NCBI GenBank assembly: GCA_963624325.1
Contig: CAVFPH010000030.1
Span: forward strand, 1 to 23,646
Source of the DNA: a bacterium
GTDB lineage: Bacteria > Bacillota > Clostridia > Christensenellales > Aristaeellaceae
Length of the DNA stretch: 23,646 nt
Reading direction: 5' to 3'
Shown piece by piece: positions 21,226 to 23,646 of this stretch. Within the stretch, counting starts at the first letter, position 1; each line of letters begins with the position of its first letter. The notes below the pieces were generated by a model. That model was not told where the DNA came from. It made no database searches and was given only the letters and a program-made list of their open reading frames with translations. The position numbers and the translations under genes were made by a program.

Positions 21226-23646
21226 ATGCAGCAGATTCCCCTCTACGATCCCAAGGGGATTGAAAAAAAGTGGCAGAAGATCTGGGCCGACAACAAGGCT
21301 TTTGCCGCTTCCGATGATTACTCCAAGCCCAAGTATTTCACGATGATCGAGTTCCCCTACCCTTCGGGCGTAGGTCTGCATGTAGGCCATCCCCGTCCCT
21401 ATACGGCACTGGATATCGTGGCCCGCAAAAAGCGCATGGAAGGCTACAACGTGCTGCATCCCATCGGCTGGGATGCCTTTGGCCTGCCGACGGAAAATTA
21501 CGCCATCAAGAACCACATTCACCCCGCCATCGTTACCCAGCGCAACATCAATCACTTCCGTGAACAGCTGCAGATGCTGGGCTTCTCCTTTGATTACGAC
21601 CGCGAGGTAAATACCACCGATCCCAATTATTACAAGTGGACGCAGTGGATTTTCCTGCAGATGTACAAGCACGGCCTGGCCTACAAGACCAACATGCCCG
21701 TCAACTGGTGCACGGGCTGCAAGTGCGTGCTGGCCAACGAGGAAGTAGTGGAGGGCGTGTGCGAGCGCTGCGGCAGCCCCGTCGTCCACAAGCAGCAGAG
21801 CCAGTGGATGCTGCGCATTACCGCCTACGCGCAAAAGCTTCTGGACGGTTTGGATACCGTGGATTTCATCGAGCGCGTAAAGCTGTCCCAGCGCAACTGG
21901 ATCGGCCGCAGCGAGGGGGCGGAGATTGACTTTAACCTGGAAGGCACGGATGAGAAAATCCGCGTGTTCACCACCCGCGCGGACACGCTTTTCGGCGCCA
22001 CCTACATGGTGCTTTCCCCCGAGCATCCCTGCATTGAAAAGTACCGTGACCGCATTGAAAACTATCAGGAGCTGATGGATTACCGCGCCGCCGCCCAGCG
22101 CAAGAGCGACTTTGAACGCACCGAAATCAACAAGGACAAAACGGGCGTAGAAATCAAGGGACTGCGCGCCATTAACCCCATGACGGGCAATTCGATTCCC
22201 ATCTGGCTGAGCGACTATGTGCTCATGTCCTACGGCACCGGTGCCATCATGGCCGTTCCCGCCCATGATGAGCGTGACTGGGACTTTGCCAAGAAGTTCA
22301 ATCTGCCCATCGTTGAAGTGGTTTCGGGCGGCGAAAACGTGCAGGAAGCCTGCTATTCCGATGTGGCAACGGGCACAATGGTCAATTCCGGCTTCCTCAA
22401 CGGCATGTCCGTGGCCGATGCCAAAAAGGCCGCCATCGACTACGCGCAGGAGCATGGTTTCGGCCAGCGCAAGGTCAATTACAAGCTGCGTGACTGGGTG
22501 TTTGCCCGCCAGCGCTATTGGGGCGAACCCATCCCGATCGTGCACTGCCCGCACTGCGGCATGGTGCCCCTGGATGAAAAAGATCTGCCCCTGCTGCTGC
22601 CCGAGGTAGAAAACTATGAGCCGACCGAAACCGGCGAATCCCCCCTGGCCAAAATGACCGACTGGGTCAACTGCAAGTGTCCCAAGTGCGGCGGCGACGC
22701 CAAGCGTGAAACCGACACCATGCCCCAGTGGGCCGGCAGCAGCTGGTATTTCCTGCGCTACTGCGATCCGCACAACGATGAGGCGCTGGCTTCGCCCGAA
22801 GCGCTGAAATACTGGATGCCGGTGGACTGGTACAACGGCGGCATGGAGCACACCACCCTGCACCTGCTCTACAGCCGTTTCTGGAACCTGTTCCTGCATG
22901 ATATCGGCGTATGCCCGGTGGCCGAGCCTTACAAAAAGCGCACCAGCCACGGCATGGTGCTGGGCGAAGACGGCCAGAAGATGAGCAAATCCCGCGGCAA
23001 CGTAATCAATCCCGACGACGTGGTGGATCAAATCGGCGCGGACGCCTTCCGTATGTACGAAATGTTCATGGGCGCGTTCGATCAGGCCATTCCGTGGTCC
23101 ACCACCGGTGCGCGCGGCTGCCGCAAGTTCATCGAGCGCGTATGGCGCCTGCAGGAAATTTTGACCGATGACGAGGGCATGAGCGATGACCTGAAGGCCT
23201 CGGTGCATTTGACCATCAAGAAGGTATCCGAGGACTTTGACACCATGAAGTTCAACACCGCCATCGCCCAGATGATGACGCTGGTAAACGAAATGGTGCG
23301 TAAGGGCAGCGTAACCCGCGGCGAATACAAGGCGCTGCTGCTGGTTCTTTCCCCCGTCGCCCCCCATGTATGCGAAGAAATCTGGCAACTGCAGGGCTTC
23401 GGCACGCCCATCTACACCCAGTCCTGGCCTACCTACGATCCCGCCGCACTGGTTAAGGATGAGGTGGAAATCGCCATCCAGGTCAACGGCAAGATCAAGG
23501 GCCGCATCATGGTGCCCACAAGCCTTACCCGTGAGCAGGGCGATACATTGCGCGATCACGAAGCCGTCAAGGCCGCCGTGGGCGATAAGCAGATTGTCAA
23601 GTTCATCTTTGTTCCCGGACGTCTGCTCAATATCGTGGTCAAATAA
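21226..23646 (+). CDS. leuS: Leucine--tRNA ligase
   Basis: 806 aa. The start is [20 protein letters not shown] (ATG at 21226, AAGGAGG 6 nt upstream). HIGH-type motif: [19 protein letters not shown] motif: [10 protein letters not shown]. Also present is a bacterial LeuRS CP1/Zn region ([19 protein letters not shown]). The stop TAA is at 23644-23646. The track ORF start at 21019 reads through the T-box leader. Confidence 0.97.
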   Translation: MQQIPLYDPKGIEKKWQKIWADNKAFAASDDYSKPKYFTMIEFPYPSGVGLHVGHPRPYTALDIVARKKRMEGYNVLHPIGWDAFGLPTENYAIKNHIHPAIVTQRNINHFREQLQMLGFSFDYDREVNTTDPNYYKWTQWIFLQMYKHGLAYKTNMPVNWCTGCKCVLANEEVVEGVCERCGSPVVHKQQSQWMLRITAYAQKLLDGLDTVDFIERVKLSQRNWIGRSEGAEIDFNLEGTDEKIRVFTTRADTLFGATYMVLSPEHPCIEKYRDRIENYQELMDYRAAAQRKSDFERTEINKDKTGVEIKGLRAINPMTGNSIPIWLSDYVLMSYGTGAIMAVPAHDERDWDFAKKFNLPIVEVVSGGENVQEACYSDVATGTMVNSGFLNGMSVADAKKAAIDYAQEHGFGQRKVNYKLRDWVFARQRYWGEPIPIVHCPHCGMVPLDEKDLPLLLPEVENYEPTETGESPLAKMTDWVNCKCPKCGGDAKRETDTMPQWAGSSWYFLRYCDPHNDEALASPEALKYWMPVDWYNGGMEHTTLHLLYSRFWNLFLHDIGVCPVAEPYKKRTSHGMVLGEDGQKMSKSRGNVINPDDVVDQIGADAFRMYEMFMGAFDQAIPWSTTGARGCRKFIERVWRLQEILTDDEGMSDDLKASVHLTIKKVSEDFDTMKFNTAIAQMMTLVNEMVRKGSVTRGEYKALLLVLSPVAPHVCEEIWQLQGFGTPIYTQSWPTYDPAALVKDEVEIAIQVNGKIKGRIMVPTSLTREQGDTLRDHEAVKAAVGDKQIVKFIFVPGRLLNIVVK

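Noticed and set aside
21109-23559. 816-aa ORF on the minus strand, almost as long as leuS
   Set aside because: It lies exactly antisense to a LeuRS gene with unmistakable motifs. Its translation is a low-complexity Gly/Ala/His/Val/Leu-rich string with no recognisable domain and no RBS. This is a typical shadow ORF from GC-rich third-position bias.
1-23646. Search for CRISPR arrays, tRNA or rRNA genes, IS elements, integrases, toxin-antitoxin pairs or defence-system-like genes
   Set aside because: By eye I found no regularly spaced direct repeats, no tRNA-like T-arm motifs outside hairpin terminators, and no ORFs with transposase, recombinase, nuclease or ATPase signatures. Every sizeable ORF is accounted for by the genes listed.

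Overview
This 23.6-kb chromosomal segment looks like a moderately high-GC Firmicute of Clostridia type. The organism call is inferred from a T-box leader, strong GGAGG-type ribosome binding sites, a CotH-family gene and a prmA-rsmE pair. I support 21 protein genes.

Gene order, left to right:
- A minus-strand operon of three hydrolases: MBL-fold, ATC-hydrolase-like, and an alpha/beta esterase cut by the window edge.
- mntP behind a yybP-ykoY Mn2+ riboswitch.
- A divergent DUF362/2x[4Fe-4S] gene.
- A divergent LysR regulator and exported FMN_bind+FAD flavoprotein pair. Sampled lines are visibly AT-richer than sampled lines of flanking genes, and the pair is bracketed by terminators.
- A secreted CotH-like protein.
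- prmA-rsmE.
- An HD phosphohydrolase.
- A small secreted protein carrying the stefin/cystatin QVVAGTNY motif.
- An Ldh_2-family dehydrogenase and malic enzyme operon.
- udk.
- A minus-strand block of alpha/beta hydrolase, P1(DmpA) peptidase, acpS and nnr, followed by glgB.
- leuS behind a T-box leader with a probable CUC specifier.

Several near-consensus sigma-A-type promoters and intrinsic terminators can be read directly. I found no tRNA or rRNA genes, CRISPR array, transposase, integrase or defence-like genes, and no clear-cut novel multi-gene system.

The candidates most worth a second look are:
- the exported bacterial stefin-like inhibitor;
- the LysR plus compact, divergent extracytoplasmic flavoprotein module with its structured leader;
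- the three-hydrolase operon, which has a perfect palindrome in its 5' UTR;
- the Ldh_2 and malic-enzyme pairing.

The many long ORFs antisense to real genes in the supplied track are shadow ORFs typical of GC-rich coding DNA.
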